DNA of 62,879 bases, filler included, from Globobulimina sp. (GCA_003354225.1; 41 parts of 41 records of this genome joined end to end with filler, not necessarily neighbours in it); one strand, 5' to 3'; shown: positions 24,726 to 39,067, counted from the whole stretch's first letter. Numbers and translations: made by a program. Notes: generated from the sequence alone by a model not told the origin.

Positions 24726-25523
24726 TCAGCTAGATGAATTCGATTTCGAAGAAAATAGATTTCTGTTTGCTTCAGCTATTTGTGTTTGTGTATCGAATTC
24801 ACTCCTTAATATATCCATAGCTTTATCTTGAAGTTGAATCTCTTTTTTCAATTCTTCAATTTGCTTATTTTTGCGTTCAATTTGTCGTTCATGCAATAGA
24901 TTTTGTGATTTTGTGCAAGTTACTAATGAGTCATATTTGTGTTTGATGCTCTGATATTGTTGGTATATATCGTTTATATTTTTGTCATCATAAAAATTCT
25001 TAAATAATGCGTCTGATGAATTTATGTTTCCATTCGGATGCATTTCTGTTTCTGTTGTGTGAGTGGTATCAATTGACGCATTGTCTGATTTTGGTTTAAA
25101 TTGCAACTTAAATATAAATTTGATTTCGCTATGTAAATCTTCCGGGTTTTGATTCGAATCAATTGGTAATGTATCGAGTGCTGTTACTTCTGTTAAAGCT
25201 CGAAAAACACTCTGAACCATTGATATTTTTTCAGTCTTTGAACATTTGTATAAAGATAAGATAGGTTTCGATATCCGGATAGTATTTGGCGCATTGTGCA
25301 TGTTGCTTTGATGTGCATTTTCTGTACAAAAAAATCCAGTTTGTTTTGAAATAATTATTCCATTGCATTGATCCAATGAGAATTCACCAGTTTTGCGGTT
25401 CAAATTATCGTTGTCAAATAGGAACGTTATAATTCTTGGTTGATGTCTATTTTTTAACATTAAACCGAATTTCTCTTTGATGCAGGAAGGAATCTTTGAA
25501 TAATGATACACTGCCGATGTCAT
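24726..25523 (-). CDS. Hypothetical protein with C-terminal coiled coil
   Basis: 265-aa ORF with a heptad-rich C-terminus. Confidence 0.5.
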   Translation of the reverse strand: MTSAVYHYSKIPSCIKEKFGLMLKNRHQPRIITFLFDNDNLNRKTGEFSLDQCNGIIISKQTGFFCTENAHQSNMHNAPNTIRISKPILSLYKCSKTEKISMVQSVFRALTEVTALDTLPIDSNQNPEDLHSEIKFIFKLQFKPKSDNASIDTTHTTETEMHPNGNINSSDALFKNFYDDKNINDIYQQYQSIKHKYDSLVTCTKSQNLLHERQIERKNKQIEELKKEIQLQDKAMDILRSEFDTQTQIAEANRNLFSSKSNSSS

Positions 25524-26127
25524 TATGGAAACAATGCGGAGTATATAGATTTAGTAATTCATAACAGCTCATAATTAAATGTTAGAATTTGCAGTGTTAG
25601 GATATGTTGATTATGTTGCAGCGAACTCGGATGTTTATTAAAACTTTTTGGAGCCGGACTATGATCCTCGCTGAATATGCTCCTGCCATTGTTATTAATC
25701 TATTATTGATTCCATTAAAAATTTGATATATCACCTATTTAATATATTCTATACAAGGTTTTTATGGAGCTAAAAAACTTGACATCACCGGTATCTCCGC
25801 ATCTTCTGTTGTGCAACCACAATAAAATAACGTGGAAAGTTATATACATTCATAGAAAGGAGAATGTTGCGATTATCAAAGATAGTGGATCATTTAAATG
25901 AATTCTCGTTTCCACACATCGCCAATAAAGGATTCGAAGTGTCTGGCACAGCCAAATTAACATTCACAATATCTGATGACTATATGTGTCGTTTTGTGAC
26001 GAAATCTGATCATTCCGCAGTGAATGCNNNNNNNNNNNNNNNNNNNNNNNNNNNNNNNNNNNNNNNNNNNNTTAATTAATTAANNNNNNNNNNNNNNNNN
26101 NNNNNNNNNNNNNNNNNNNNNNNNNNN

Positions 26128-26779
26128 AGCCGCAGTGATCATATTTAATCCCATTTCCGTAAAACTGCTTTTCCGAAGATTTAGCAATTCAATATCATCG
26201 TTTACCTCATTTATATTGACACCATGTTGTATTTTTGGAGGCATATGCTTCGAATGATTAATAACTTCATTTATCGTACCATTTATAGTGCCGGTAATTA
26301 ATCCAGTCAAAGCATACGAGGTTATCAATTGTTGCGTGCCATCCATCCATTCATTTTGTGCAATGCAAACTAATCCGATTGATGATATGAAACCATTCGA
26401 TTGATGATAAATAAACCATAAAAACATAAGAACATAAACCATAAATGAACCTATATACATATATATCTCTGTGCCCCTAAACTTGTTTTATATAATAATT
26501 CGTTGCCATCACAATCTTTGTCATTTACATTTTGTTTGTTTGTGTTTTTGGTAATTTCCTTTAGTGATTTCAAGGTTAATTGCAGCCCGACTCCACACAT
26601 AATCCCACTCACTAACAATACTAATGAACCTCCTTTGTTGATTTATATCATAATTATTCATGTTTTAAACGTTGAAACTTTATATAATATATACCAGATA
26701 TAAGAAAACTAGCTGTTGTCAATCCTGTGCCTGCAAAGAATGTGACATAACGACCAGCATGATATCCAGGTTGTATCAT
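26128..26779 (-). CDS. Hypothetical membrane protein, partial, with an intron and a probable frameshift
   Basis: MIQPGYHAGRYVTFFAGTGLTTASFLIS/GGSLVLLVSGIMCGVG then a hydrophobic ORF at 26128-26460; frame break in an AT microsatellite near 26460. Confidence 0.35.
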
Positions 26780-28559
26780 GGATATATTTAATGATTTTAA
26801 CTTTTTAACGCTCCGCATCCAACATTACTAGTATAAGCTGAAGAAATTTTATTTTTTTAAAGTATACCGAAAAATATTAAATAATATGTACGTAAATATC
26901 ACAACTGTGAAAAACAGCATATTTTCAGGTTTATATTTGAACATACTGACAAGGCGTTCAAAGGCCAAAAAAAAGGAAATATCAAATATTATTCTATAGA
27001 TTTGTTTAACATAAGTATTAGAATAAGTTTATCATATTTTCGCGCTACTTGACAAGTTCAATAATTATTTATTACTGTTTCCATATGTATACATCTGACA
27101 ATACTTTTCGTTTCCTATTTGCGAATACAAATATTTGTTCGCATTTGAATTAATCTCTTCTTTGTGCATTATTTAGATTCCACATAACAAAATATGCTCC
27201 AAAATCATAAGTTGGTTTACATTGATTCATCAAACCTTCCATTCCATGCAAAACGTACTTTATTTAAATTATAATATATTAAATTACATTAAATTCCATG
27301 TATTGTGCATGATCAATATCTTTTATATTGGAGGTATTGGGGTAGAAGCACACAAAACAAATAGCAAACAAAAAAATGCACAACAAAAATACACACCAAA
27401 AGCATGCAGGAACACATCCAACTGATCGAATAATCTTTATTTAAAATCAATATTGCTCAAATATTGCTCATTAGTTCCAACAAATCTTATCCTGAAATAA
27501 TCTTATTATTTATAATTAAAATGTTTCTCCACAGTATTAATATTAACATTCGTAGCATTACAANNNNNNNNNNNNNNNNNNNNNNNNNNNNNNNNNNNNN
27601 NNNNNNNTTAATTAATTAANNNNNNNNNNNNNNNNNNNNNNNNNNNNNNNNNNNNNNNNNNNNTTTTGCTTCCAGTTGAAATTATTACGTGCCATGCTCA
27701 GGACTGACTGACTAAAAGTAAAGTTTTAAATGATTTTATAATATAATGGATGAAATTTTGAATGAAATTTATATACAATTTGATTGTATCATTCATTAGT
27801 TTCCATCATCAAGTCAGTTGCATGCAATACTTACAATCGGTAATAACAATGAAGAGAGATATTCTGCATTTTTTGTTGATAATTTCGCAAAAATATTACA
27901 TATTTCGTTTTGGATATTCTACAGTTTATAACCATTCAATCAGTGATCGACAAGATATCGTTTGGTTGTTTTACTGAAACAAAAGCATTGTTCAATATTT
28001 ATTGATGATATAAATGTGTATAACAATTCCAATATGTCATCACATTCGATTTTAATGGATAGAAAGATATATATTTCAAATCCATGGTTTCCTGCAGCCA
28101 ATGCCACAATTTATGGCTTGCAATTATCCACATTCAATACTCATATCAATGACGGCTCATTTAATTATTTATTATCGGAGATTGGTCCATTGAGGAAACG
28201 CAATGTATTTTGTCGAAAAACAATCGCAGTGTCAATCAAGGATTTGTAACATGGTTAGGAGACATTGATAGCAGTTCATTGAGTTGGACAGATTATAACA
28301 TTGAGGTAACTGTGCTCAAACAAGTGAATGCTTCACACCACTCTCAAAAACGATGGATATTAAAATTTGCCAAATTAAACGATGGATATTGGGAGTGATT
28401 CAAATGTTCTCGTCATTCGTCAATTACATTGTTTACAATGACGGTCATTTTTTTTTTTTGTTTACAATTTTTTTTTTTTTTTAACAAAATGACCGTCATT
28501 TCAGTTTTTAACAAAATTTGTTAAATTTAACAAAATTTAACAAAATTCAACAAAATTTT

Positions 28560-29099
28560 TAACAAAATTTTAATATAATATTTTTTATTTTATGATTTAA
28601 TTAAATGATGTAATATGTTTTAATATAATTTAATATAATTTAATATGATTTAATTGATTTAATATGATTTAATTAAATAATTTAATATGTTTTAATATTG
28701 ATTTAATAATTTAATATGATTTAATTTAAATGATCTAATATGTTTTAATATAATTTAATAATTTAATATGATTTAATTGATTTAATTAAATAATTTAATA
28801 TTGATTTAATAATTTAATATGATTTAATTTAAATGATGTAATATGTTTTAATATAATTTAATAATTTAATATGTTTTAATATAATTTAATTTAATTTAAT
28901 ATAATTTAATAATTTAATTTGATTTAATTGATTTAATATGTTTTAATTAAATAATTTAAAATGTTTTAATATAATTTAATAATTTAATATGTTTTAATAC
29001 GATTTAATAAAATAATTTAATATGATTTAATATGTTTTAATCCGATTTAATAAAATAATTTAATATGTTTTAATATGTTTTAATGTGTTTTAATGTTTT
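28560..29099. repeat. AT-rich minisatellite (TAATATG(A/T)TT-like units)
   Basis: Many degenerate 7-10 nt units such as taatatgttt, taatatgatt and taataatt. Confidence 0.85.
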
Positions 29100-29442
29100 N
29101 NNNNNNNNNNNNNNNNNNNNNNNNNNNNNNNNNNNNNNNNNNNTTAATTAATTAANNNNNNNNNNNNNNNNNNNNNNNNNNNNNNNNNNNNNNNNNNNNC
29201 AGTAATGTTTTTAAAAAAAGGGTTGTGGTTGACCTGAGCAGCGTCTTCTTCAACCCTTTTTTTGTTGAAACACGTTCCTCCGAATTGGCAAAGTCAATCT
29301 AGTAGAATTTTAATTCATCCATAAGGTTGCTCTGATAAGGTTGGTTTGCCTGTTTCATCCAAGCAATGATGCCTTTTTCTTCATAGAAAGGTATTGTAAC
29401 CTCGCATAACTATGTTTATTATGATCTTTCAATGCTTGCAGA

Positions 29443-30388
29443 TTAGCTGGTGTCAGACCGCAACTGACTCATATATTCATAAATTTCGACCATTAGTATG
29501 ACCTTTTTTCTCCAACAGATAAAACCAATCCAACTAACTATTACGATAGTTTCACTAATCTTTCTGGTGTTATCATCATCGGTTGGCGTGACGAAGGCAA
29601 TACTTTGTATAGATAAAGAAAAAGTCCATATTTTGACGTGTTTTGTTATTATCGTACACAGTGTCTGGCTTTGCGAAACTGAATGACTGAACTTCCTTGG
29701 AATTACTGTACGCTTCTTGGTATTTGGGATGCTCGTGCTTTGCTTCGTCATTTTGCTTTACCTCGACATCCAAAGCCATGAGTTTTTTAGAAGGTTTTTG
29801 ACTTTGAGCAGCATCTTTGGGTTTTAAGCTCAAGTCGACTTCATCAATATGTAACTGTCTCTGCTGTCTGACATGGTCAGGATCAGGATCAGGCGGTGGA
29901 GCGTCACGGTCATCAATATCTACAGATAAATGTTGATTTGATATGTGTTGTTTGATATTATTCAATTTATAATGCGGTGCATCACGTTTGAATTTGAATG
30001 AAAATGCCATAAATATTATAGATAAACTCCATACAATGTTATAAAAATAAAATTCAACGTAAAATCCATATTTATAATATGTGTTTGTTTTTGCTGTTTT
30101 TGTGTCGATGAAACAGGAATATAAATATAAGAGATTGGTTAAGCACCAAATTAGGATCACTTTTGCAGTTAAATGTATTATTTTGGACGTGCTGTGTTTT
30201 GGTGAGTATTAAATTAATAGAATTTTAACTGAAGAATAGCATGAATCGAGCGAGTGTTAATGAGAGTGGTGATTTCAATGTGTAGGTTATTCGTTGGAGT
30301 ACAATTGTCATCAGATATAAACCTAGCAACACGTAACAACTAAAGAGTACTATTGCGCCGATATTTAAGTCCACAAACGCCGCCATGC
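29443..30388 (-). pseudogene. Frame-disrupted multi-pass membrane protein
   Basis: Hydrophobic segments are spread over at least three frames (MAAFVDLNIGAIVLF..., 29576-30160, 29443-29751). Confidence 0.35.
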
Positions 30389-30931
30389 TGAGAGCTGTTA
30401 TTTGTATTTAAAAAAGTTTTGAGTAAACTCAAATTATTGTACTCTGGAACTCCGACCGATCATAGTTTATATCATTGGACAGTGCAAGGATATAAATCTA
30501 AATTGAATAAAAAATACTGTACATTTTCTGTAAGACTGTAACGATCACAATTTATTTCCCATCAATGGTTGCGAATCTTGCGCAGATCCATATTGTTGTA
30601 CACCTGATGCAGGATATAATGCGCCATTACGATTANNNNNNNNNNNNNNNNNNNNNNNNNNNNNNNNNNNNNNNNNNNNTTAATTAATTAANNNNNNNNN
30701 NNNNNNNNNNNNNNNNNNNNNNNNNNNNNNNNNNNGCGGGTTATACTTATTTCGTGTGCGGGCGGTGTGCGGTTATATTTTTAGCATGAATCAAATTGCA
30801 AAAAACAAATCTATAATAAGAAAGAAACAATTTACTGCAAAAAAAATAACGCGCAAACATAAGTGACCCGCACACGAAAATGTGACGAAATAAGTATAAC
30901 CCACACCAACTAATTAGAACGCACACATTGT

Positions 30932-32171
30932 TCAAAACAAATACAAAACAAGTAGGTGTTTGCAAGTGAAAAAAAATATGTAATAATGGTATTTAGTGTT
31001 GATGAATAATTCCACCAAATTGGATATCATTTTACATAAAATAAAGTAAAGCCATAAACATATGAGTCCAATATAAATGTTTTCCAAATATAATTTACGC
31101 ACTGCAATAAACACAATAAATCCGCACATTATAATCGCGGTCTGTGCACAAAAAAACGTGTTATATATATTGTAATGGCGCGCATAATGTATATTATATT
31201 CAATATACGAACGTTGTTTGATTGCTTTACATTCGGCATATAAAATGTGCAAAAAATATGCTAACATCAGAAATGAAACGCTTCCGAATACATAATTGAA
31301 CCATGCCATATTATTTAAGATGTCATTAATAAAAGAAACATCACATAATATCGCAACAAATGCCATATTAAATGGTGATATTAACATAAATAAAGACAGA
31401 CAATAATGTATTTTATATATTTTGTATAAACTTATAAGCACTGCGACAGTCAATACATTTGTGATTAACTGCGAGATAATAAATAAAAACAACTGTACAT
31501 AAATGCGGAAAGATAACAACCAAACAACTGCAGATAACATCATATGAATAAAAATCAACTGCAACGTCTTATATTTTTCTCTCCGCTCTTTAATATTACC
31601 GCACATCGCCGATAATGATGCAGTGAAATCGCCAAATATTGCACATTTTGATTTGTTTAAATTTATTTCCATTTTGATTTTGGTTTCACTTTTTTTATCC
31701 AAATAGCATTCATGATAATTTTTGAGAAAATGCAATAAATCATTTTGAGACTGCATTAGATATAATTTCAAATAACAATGATATGCAATGATTATCACAT
31801 TCAGCATACAGCAAATATTTTGTATCGGAATCGCAATGTAATGGTTTGAGAAATGATAGGAATATATTTTGAATATGACAATTAATACAAATAATATACA
31901 TTCCATGCTCGAATATAGGTTTGTTTTATGATCGATATTCAAAATATTGTTGCTTGAAAGCAAATGTTTACAGATCGCATTATATCCACTGATATGAATT
32001 TGTTTTTTTATTTTTTCAACACCAATGTATATGATAAGAATATCAACAATTAACTTCATCGAACCTTTATAATATTCCATATTCGTATCATTTGCTGGCA
32101 GTTCCATTAAATGAATGAAATTATTGGAAGCAAATATATCTAACACATCATTGCTCCATTTTTGCCAATAC
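30932..32171 (-). CDS. Polytopic membrane protein of unknown family, 5' partial
   Basis: More than 400 aa open frame with many hydrophobic helices. Confidence 0.6.
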
Positions 32172-32272
32172 NNNNNNNNNNNNNNNNNNNNNNNNNNNNN
32201 NNNNNNNNNNNNNNNTTAATTAATTAANNNNNNNNNNNNNNNNNNNNNNNNNNNNNNNNNNNNNNNNNNNNC

Positions 32273-32623
32273 TATTGTTATCATATACGTTATGAGATAT
32301 TTGATGGATTAATCAATGATTTGTTGGTAAAGTTTGAGTCTGACAGTGACATAATTTTCCATTGCATGTATTCGCAATATCGAGGGCCGAGAGCAGCGTA
32401 TAAGTATTATGTTGGAAGGAGGAAATGGGAGAATAAGTATAGTGATAAACTGGCGAATAAACAGAGGGTATGGGTATTAGATGGCGGATTTAAACAATGG
32501 ATATCGGATTATATTTTAGATTCTGATTTGGTGAGTAATTTTAATAATAAATATTGGGATGATGAGTATTTTCCATTGACTGGAAGGGAATTCTTTTATA
32601 GAAATGATTGGAAGCCTAGCTAG
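32273..32623 (+). CDS. Cdc25/Acr2-like rhodanese-fold phosphatase/arsenate reductase, 5' partial
   Basis: FHCMYSQYRGPRAA (HCx5R) and VWVLDGGF. Confidence 0.88.
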   Translation, partial: YCYHIRYEIFDGLINDLLVKFESDSDIIFHCMYSQYRGPRAAYKYYVGRRKWENKYSDKLANKQRVWVLDGGFKQWISDYILDSDLVSNFNNKYWDDEYFPLTGREFFYRNDWKPS

Positions 32624-32892
32624 TGAGTGTAGTGTGTACTGTACGCGTCAAATTGTAGTGTTTTTAATTTATATTTATCATTTAGATTGCTTTGTTGCGC
32701 GCGCCTTGAAAATCTAGTCCTCATTTTTGAACACGCCCTGAGCAATATGATATACACCAAAATGACTTCATATATATCTTATTCACGCATATACTAATCA
32801 CAATTCATCAAAAAAATCAATTACCAACGAAGATGAAACACACTGCTTTGCCGTCGCACTTCGTGTTTTTTTAGTCAAGTTATATTCAAAGC

Positions 32893-33707
32893 ATGGAACC
32901 TGATTTTACAATATTTAAAACAAACACAACACGATGTGATACTCAACAGAATAAAAAAGAAGACGAAATAATCAAAAATTGTGATCATTTATCACGGATA
33001 GCACATTGCTTACGATATTATCAATTGTTATGTCGTAAAGAGAATAATGCGAAATCAATATTTATTGAATTTTGTAGCAAGTCATATTTAATGTGTTTGT
33101 CCGATTATATCCATTTGATGACAAAACATAATGAGACTGAAACATTAAATAAAATTAGTAATGATTTAGCAAAATATGAAAATATTGAAATATGTGCAAA
33201 TATGAATGACTGTAAATGGACAAAAAGACATTATCGAAATAGAGAGGATGCAGATGAGAATAATGCAAATAATCATTTTTTTATCAATTTATTTGATACG
33301 ATTCATTTTTATATCTTTCATTTACAATCATTAGGACTCAGAGTAATAATCAAAGAAAAAAAAGAAGAAAAAGAAAAAGAAAAAATGAATTATTTAGATT
33401 GTGATTGTGTGGATGAAGAAATTAAGAAAATCTCCAAAATAATCAAAAATAAAAAAGAAGAAATGAAAGATTTAAATCTGAATCGATTAAATAATGAAAA
33501 GAATACAAAATTTAATATTATTATCAATGGCAATGTAAAAGAGGAAAGAAGCACTTTTATGCAAGATATGATACAATATGTTGTTGACACAAATATTAAT
33601 GACATCCACCAAGACAATAATCACTTGCATTTAGTCAATAAATTACAAAAATTTATACATTTTGAAGAATATGATAGCGATGCAATAATACAAGATATTT
33701 CTGGAAA
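32893..33707 (+). CDS. Member of an expanded Cys/His-motif hypothetical family, 3' partial
   Basis: CDHLSRIAHCLRYY, DYIHLMTKH, C..C..RHYR, DTIHFYIFH; paralogous to 35344-36068. Confidence 0.75.
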
Positions 33708-33807
33708 NNNNNNNNNNNNNNNNNNNNNNNNNNNNNNNNNNNNNNNNNNNNTTAATTAATTAANNNNNNNNNNNNNNNNNNNNNNNNNNNNNNNNNNNNN
33801 NNNNNNN

Positions 33808-35243
33808 CAAATATGGATCAATCCAAATAATCATAAAATTGTCAGTATGGCCTCGGCGCGCAGACAGCCAACGGATATGAATGAGGAGTTTGTGTCGTAT
33901 GTAGTGCCCGGCGATCAACATATTCCTGGCTTATATTTGCAAGATATTATTCATAACTGTTTTATTTTGCGAGTCACATTGATTAAAAGCGAGGATTTTA
34001 TTCGTAGAGATTTTTATGAAAATAGACTGGCGGACCGCTTTAACAACAATCGAATCAATCGCCACGTTGCAACACCGAAACATTATTTGTCAGATAACAA
34101 ATATAAGCAAAAATTGCCATATCCATTATTACGACATAAGACAGAATTTTATCCTTTTGTGATGTCGCCGTTATGTTATACAGAAGGCAGTGATTTAGAC
34201 AATGCGAGTTATAGAGCATCAATGAAAGCATTTATTAAACGATTGAATGCAAATCATGGCGAATATCATTTGGAAGCATTTTGTTTGATGGCGTGTTTGA
34301 TTAACTATCCGCCGATATTTATTATTGAAGACTTCCATGTGACTGATTTCCATTTGTTGTACAAAGATATTACCGACGGAGATAGGACCAAAGATATTGT
34401 CGACGGAGAGAGCAACAAAGATATTGTCGACGTGGAGAGGAACAAAGTATGGCAAGTTTTAAAAAAGTTATCTGAACAAAATATCGATAATCGGTCATCC
34501 GGCAAAGGTGATTCTGGAAAAGGTGGAAAGGGCGATTTAGAGAAGAATTTATCTCAGCATGCTGCCTCAAGCAGGGAGCGCTTTTGTTGCAGAGCTGGTC
34601 GCAATACGTGTTTTATGGATGTTTATATTAATATGTATTTGCATGTTGCTGATTTGAATCAATTGAAAGAGCAACAATTAGGTCTTAGTACAAATAGGCA
34701 AGAATGGATCAAAACTATTAAAATAATGCCAATATATTATCATTTAGTAGTGGACCAAGAGGAATCGTGTCGAATGTTTCGATTAAAAGCTCATTTACGA
34801 AGGTCTGCGGTTACATTTTTACGGCTTGAATTTTCATTTCGATATTCTGAACAATGGGAATATGGCTCCTTTACACGACAACAAGTGTATAATCTGCTAA
34901 CTTATGGCCTGTCATGCGGCGCTGCCAAATATGAATTTTTCTTTTTTTCTGATGGTCAGTTGCGGGACAGAAAATGTTGGATGTACTCATGTCAATTATC
35001 GAGAAACTTTAATTCCATCAAAGCTGTGCGAAATAATATGGGCAACTTTGAGAAGATCCGCAATCCCGGAAAGAAAATGTCGAGAATGGGACTATATAAC
35101 ACCAAATGTACGCAAATTGCAACTGTGAAGTACTCGCAACTGGAGTTTGTGGATGATCCCGTGGCCAAAGACGGCATCGAGCTCACTGATGGATGCTCAA
35201 TAATTAGTAAACAAATCGTGGAGGAAAAGCTGGAAAAAAATGC
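33808..35243 (+). CDS. Cellular (RNAi-type) RNA-dependent RNA polymerase, partial
   Basis: FLRLEF, YEFFFFSDGQLRDRKCWM, MGNFEKIRNPGKKMSRMGL, TDGCSIIS match the eukaryotic RdRP (QDE-1/RDR) N-terminal motifs. Confidence 0.88.
34361..34447 (+). repeat. 27-nt in-frame tandem repeat (about 3 copies) inside the RdRP
   Basis: KDITDGDRT/KDIVDGESN/KDIVDVERN. Confidence 0.85.
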
Positions 35244-35343
35244 NNNNNNNNNNNNNNNNNNNNNNNNNNNNNNNNNNNNNNNNNNNNTTAATTAATTAAN
35301 NNNNNNNNNNNNNNNNNNNNNNNNNNNNNNNNNNNNNNNNNNN

Positions 35344-36068
35344 TTCTCAATAAATGTTGTCTCATCTTTATCTTTCTCATTTTGTGTATTTTGCAAAATA
35401 TTTATATTATATTTATTATTATTTTTTTCAGTTTCAAATCGACCAAATATATTTTTATATTTATCTCGATCATAATTGATTTTTGTTATCATTTCAGAAA
35501 ATTCATTATGAAAACAATCGATATAATCATCCTCATCATCATCATTATTATTATTATTATTATTATTATTTTCATTTTCTTTTTTTTTAAATCGATATCC
35601 AATCTCAAATAAATGAAATATATTAAAATGTAATGAGTCATATTCTTGTTGATAGAAATTCAGATTAATATTCATTTCGAGCTCATTTAATGTCTTATTT
35701 TCTCTCTTTGCTCTATCATTAAAATGTCGATGACTAAATTTACAGTCTGTTATTAAACAATTTGCAAAGCCATATTTTTCAATTAATTCTCTTTTAACTT
35801 CATCCAATTCGTTGCTATGTGTTGCTAATAAATGATAATAATCATCCAACACAAAAACACCATACACATTGAAACAAAAATTACTCCATTCTTTCACTGA
35901 TTTATTCTTATTATTATAATATTTTAACGCAAATGCTAATCGCTGTAAATGTTGACAGTTATCGATAATATCAGTTGTTGTTTGATTACAATTCATTTCA
36001 GTTTGTTTGAATAAATTTAATTTTTCATCATGATCATTTTCTGGAAATGTCTGTTTAACGCAAGCCAT
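35344..36068 (-). CDS. Member of an expanded Cys/His-motif hypothetical family, 3' partial
   Basis: CQHLQRLAFALKYY, DDYYHLLATH, CLITDCKFSHRH, DSLHFNIFH. Confidence 0.75.
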
Positions 36069-36325
36069 GGTGTCTACATAACGATTTTGTTGAAGTGAAG
36101 TTAGTCCACAGACCACAGTTCGCTCAAACACTGTTAGCCTAGTACTAGTAGGACGATTGAAATCAAACAAAAAGCTTAAAACAGTATCAGACCATAAAGC
36201 AAACCGCCTAGTTGTAGTAAAATAAAAACGAAAAACACTTTTTGTACGTGTGGTAAAATAGAATAAGAAACGAAAAAACCGTAAAAGTCAAAGGGCACAC
36301 AAAAAAAACAAAAAAAAACATAAAT

Positions 36326-36373
36326 GTGATGATTGGGATTTGAACCCAAATCTTCTTTATAAGCTATCACCAC
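36326..36373 (-). repeat. tRNA-derived repeat with internal deletion (copy 2)
   Basis: Minus strand GTGGTGATAGCTT-ATAAAGAAGAT-TTGGG-TTCAAAT-CCCAA-TCATCAC followed by T runs. Confidence 0.7.
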
Positions 36374-36879
36374 AAAATAAAAATGATGTTTTCTGGCCCG
36401 GATATACGTCCCCTCTCTGAAAAAATACGCTTAAAAATAAAGAAAGAAAATCAAGAGTGTATGAGTTGTTTTGCTTTTACTAAAATATTATCCACAACAA
36501 TTGACTCTTTATGATTCCAAAGCAGATATTTTTTATAATACATCATATGTTTGAGCATTGAAGCTAATTTACTTTTTGATGTATTGTAGATAATGTTCTT
36601 CAACGCTGCAATACCATTTTGCTCAAATTCATTTTCCGACAGGAAAAACACAAACTTTTCATATGAAGACTTGCATTTTAAAACCAAACCTTACTAGTTT
36701 TTTTGAAGTCACTAAGTCCAAAGCATCCTTTCGTCACCTTCCCGCCTTCTGCGTTTGATACAGAGCACATTTTCTGTTCNNNNNNNNNNNNNNNNNNNNN
36801 NNNNNNNNNNNNNNNNNNNNNNNTTAATTAATTAANNNNNNNNNNNNNNNNNNNNNNNNNNNNNNNNNNNNNNNNNNNN

Positions 36880-38315
36880 TTTTTTGGGTATTATTTTATT
36901 TTTATTTCGTTGCTTTTTGATTTTTATGGTTGATCGATACTTTTCTGTCGGCCAAGAACAATCAACTTTTGATGACGCCCTTTGTTTCCAATTAATTGCA
37001 TTTGGTTTATAATGCGAGCGATGATTATTTGCCCGAGCTGTTCTTACATTGTTTGATAATCTTGAAACAGTCCTTGGTTTAACATGGGACCAATCAATGT
37101 TTTTTTGCGCTTTGCTTGAAAGTTTTTTCCTTTTTAAATACGGTTTTTTTTCTGGTAACGCAAATCGATAATTATTGGAGGAAGGAGACCGTGAGACTGA
37201 CTGATTTGGTGCAGTCATTGGTCTTTCTTGGGACACACAAAAACTTTTTGTATAATTTGTATGTATATCAAATTTAAAAATTGGTTTGTTTGTGTACATA
37301 TCATTATGTTTTTGCGCGATTGCTTGAGTTTCTTCGGTTTGTTGTGTTATGCATAAACTATCAATTTCGTCATTTACGCGCATAATGGATGAGCATAACG
37401 ATGCAGACAACTTTGGTGATGATCGGAATTTGCTGACTTTTCTACGTCTTTGCTATTTTTGTAATGGAATGAATCGTAAATCCAAAGATTAAAATATGTA
37501 CTTAACCGAAAAGGATTTCCTTAACAGAGATAATTGACTTCGAATCTCTGTAAATTCAGGTTTTGCTGTGTTGCTGCTGTTGTTGCTGTGTTGTGTTGTT
37601 GTTGATGTTGTTTCTGTTGTTGTTGTTGTTGAGTTGTTATCGTATTCCATAGATTTATCTGGCGATAGTTTTGTTGAGTTTGATTGGGAATGTTTGGACC
37701 TAAAAATATTTACATTTTTCTGTATATCATTGAGAAAGTTAATGAAATGTCGGAAATATTAAAGTGTATACAAATACAAATATAGATATATTAAAATAAC
37801 TGGGAATAGTTTCAATGGATTTAGGTTGCACTGAGTGTCCACATTACTGCATGATTTATACAATTCAGTTTTAATTTGTATTAATTGGGTTGTAAGTTGA
37901 TCAATTAATACATTATCGACATTTGAACATAGCGACTTATTATCTGTTTGTGTGGATAGTATATCGTCTAAAATCTGTTGTGTGTCAAATATTTTCTTCA
38001 CCATTGGACTGTTTTTGTAGTACAATAAATTCCGCAATACAACAGATTCAATCATAGAATAAGTAGCTGACCAATCCAGTGCTGGAGAGCCATAAAAATG
38101 CAATTGTCCATAACTGAAATTGCCAATGGTCGTATTCGTATTTCTGTTATTATTGTTATTTTGTGAATCATGCACCGCAGAGAATAGCTTCTCAGCATGG
38201 TCTACAATTTGGTGCGTTGTTGAAGCCATTAAATCAGTGATAGTTAATGCTAAATCCTTTTCTTTTGATTGTTGGAGATGTCTATTAAACGTATTTATTA
38301 AAAGCAAGCTATCAA
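36880..38315 (-). CDS. Hypothetical multi-exon protein, partial
   Basis: Same-strand open frames 37759-38307 and 36880-37410 with Q/T-rich sequence between them. Confidence 0.45.
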
Positions 38316-39067
38316 NNNNNNNNNNNNNNNNNNNNNNNNNNNNNNNNNNNNNNNNNNNNTTAATTAATTAANNNNNNNNNNNNNNNNNNNNNNNNNNNNN
38401 NNNNNNNNNNNNNNNTCTTTATTTTTTTAATATTGCTCCAATTTCGTAAACATTTTGTCTGTGAACTGCAGCATTCTCAGCATTGCAGCATTGCATCAAA
38501 GGGAAATATTCATTGTACTCCTCATAAATGCAGTTAAAATAATATTGAAAACAAAGAAAACCTGTGATGAGAAGAAGAATTATGTTGTGATGGCGACATA
38601 ATTCGAATGAATGAATATATTTTGTTTTCTGCTTAAACTGATCATGATTGCCGGAGACGGCTCGTAACCGACGTAACGGAGTGATGCTTGGCAAGGCGTG
38701 GTTGGAAAGTAATAAATCAAAGGTTTGCCAGCATAAATGTGCGATATGTGAATGCATCTTATTTTTCTTAATTTGTTGCTTGATTTCTCGAAACTTGATC
38801 TACATATACGTCCATATTATAATAGCAATTGAGAATTTGTCTTTTGGTGAAATCATGTTAATATAAATCGAAAGCTCACTGACATTATCACGTGACATAA
38901 AAAAATCTTCACTTCAAAAATTAGTGTGATTGCATTAATTGTATTCAGAAAGAATATTGAATTTGATGGATATGATGGATGTGCTGCCTTTTGTGTTGCT
39001 TTGGTTGTGTTTAGTTATTTAAAAACTGTGTCGCAAAAAGTGTTACACAAAAACCTTAGTTTTAAGC

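Noticed and set aside
25864-26027. Possible thioesterase N-terminus
   Set aside because: Only 54 aa before the contig end; resemblance too weak to call.
28437-28500. Inverted repeat AATGACGGTCATTT / AAATGACCGTCATT around T runs (MITE-like)
   Set aside because: Very short, self-palindromic, no target-site duplication seen, and next to low-complexity DNA.
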